The notes beneath the pieces were generated by a model. It saw only the letters and a program-made list of their open reading frames with translations. It made no database searches and was not told the DNA's origin. Positions 63,050 to 64,000 of a stretch of 64,000 nucleotides of DNA are shown in pieces. The DNA lies in the NCBI GenBank assembly GCA_977017645.1, contig OZ360246.1:23932001-23996000 (forward strand), in the 5' to 3' direction. The position numbers and the translations under genes were made by a program. This DNA is from Torpedo marmorata (taxonomy: Eukaryota). Numbering within the stretch: the stretch's first letter is position 1; every line of letters begins with the position of its first letter.

Positions 63050-63285
63050 AAAAAAAATTTAGACATTTCGGCCACGAGTTCGTGCTGCCCAATTTACACC
63101 CAATTGACCTGCAACCCCCGGTACGTTTCGAAAGGTGGGAGGAAACTGGAGCCCCCTGGGAAAACCCACGCAGGCACGGGGAGAACGTACAAACTCCTTA
63201 TAGAAAGCACGGGATTCGAACCCCTGTCCCGATTGCTGGCGTTGTAAAGACGTTGCGCTAACCGCTACGCCAACCATGCTGCCGT
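63050..63285 (-). mobile_element. V-SINE
   Basis: Reverse complement of the family. Confidence 0.85.
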
Positions 63286-63356
63286 GATTAGGGTTCACAA
63301 GGCCTTATTACATCTTCATTGCAGATGTAATATGCTTGAGTTTGCATGAGACTTAC

Positions 63357-63519
63357 TAAATTCCTGCTCAATCTTCTGTTTGAGGAATCCCATTTTCTTA
63401 GCTTCTCCGTGGACCAACAGCACGTTTTGTGGCTCTGCTTGACGGATGAGTTGCATGATGCCTTTTGCATCAGCATGTGCACTGAATGACATGTATTCCA
63501 CCTGCATCTTCACTTCTAG
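63357..63519 (-). CDS. INTS11: INTS11 (CPSF3L, Integrator endonuclease) exon, beta-CASP/RNA-metabolising MBL C-terminal motifs
   Basis: [54 protein letters not shown]; FSAHAD and VHGE motifs; cccag| and |gtaagt; 163 nt. Confidence 0.97.
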
Positions 63520-63691
63520 CTGGGAAGTATGATTGAAGAATAAGCAATGTTAAAAATCTTATTTTCAATTGAACTGAAATTATTTTTTTAGCAGATCTCA
63601 AATTCTCAATTCCTAATTTAAACTTAATGTAAAATAAATAATGAAAGCAATGCATTATTTTAAAGATGGACTAAATGTAACTTGCAACATA

Positions 63692-63930
63692 CAGTAAAAC
63701 CCCTAGTATTCAGAATTTAAGCAACCGGCAGCCTCAAGCAACTGGCAAAAAAAAATTTGAGGAAAATAAATAAAAAAATATAAAATAAATAAGAATAAAA
63801 TAATAGGTAAAATATACGCAAGATTAAAATTGTAAAAGTAAATGGTCTCTGAAGTAACACATAAACCGTTGGTGAAGATGGGAGCAAATATTCAGCCAAT
63901 GGAGTGCCTTGGTCGTGCTTTGCTCATAGC
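63692..63930. mobile_element. Tigger-like MITE, left part
   Basis: TA + CAGTAAAACCCCT; reverse-complement match to about 4620-4831. Confidence 0.75.
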
Positions 63931-64000
63931 ACCTAAGAAATTAAAGAAATTCAATCCGACATTATCAGGTTTATGTTTTAGATGTAATAGAGAGGAAGAT
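63930..64000 (+). mobile_element. Start of another L1 fragment that truncates a MITE
   Basis: PKKLKKFNPTLSGLCFRC, nearly identical to 30632-30685. Confidence 0.75.

Noticed and set aside
63385-63396. INTS11 KKMGFL where I recall KKMEFL in human
   Set aside because: A single non-catalytic residue; significance cannot be judged without an alignment.
1-64000. CRISPR arrays, prokaryotic operons or true tRNA genes
   Set aside because: None seen; the sequence is intron-rich eukaryotic DNA and tRNA-like segments are SINE heads.

Overview
Vertebrate genomic DNA; the repeat content points to a cartilaginous fish, probably a ray or skate (inference). Three protein-coding genes can be assembled from splice sites and reading phases: the 3' half of PUSL1 (+ strand, five exons, 4968-35292), a two-exon LPAR6/P2Y-like class A GPCR (+ strand, 42219-44286) and the last six coding exons of INTS11 (- strand, 63519-54751). 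PUSL1 and INTS11 converge as in human, but here a GPCR lies between them. Most of the rest is mobile DNA: L1, Rex1/Babar, CR1, RTE, Penelope-like termini, V-SINEs, pogo/Tigger and hAT MITEs, and a solo LTR. Most short ORFs in the track are noise. The most interesting signals are (1) many Penelope-derived termini carrying minimal hammerhead-ribozyme motifs, often as inverted pairs; (2) a 5S rRNA-headed SINE that shares a Rex1-type tail with a GC-rich non-autonomous retroelement family; (3) a base-exact twin-primed (5'-inverted) L1 with a younger L1 nested inside; (4) a 33-nt U2 snRNA retrocopy with target-site duplications (TSDs) in an INTS11 intron. Gene and family names come from recall, not database searches. 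Many repeat boundaries are approximate.
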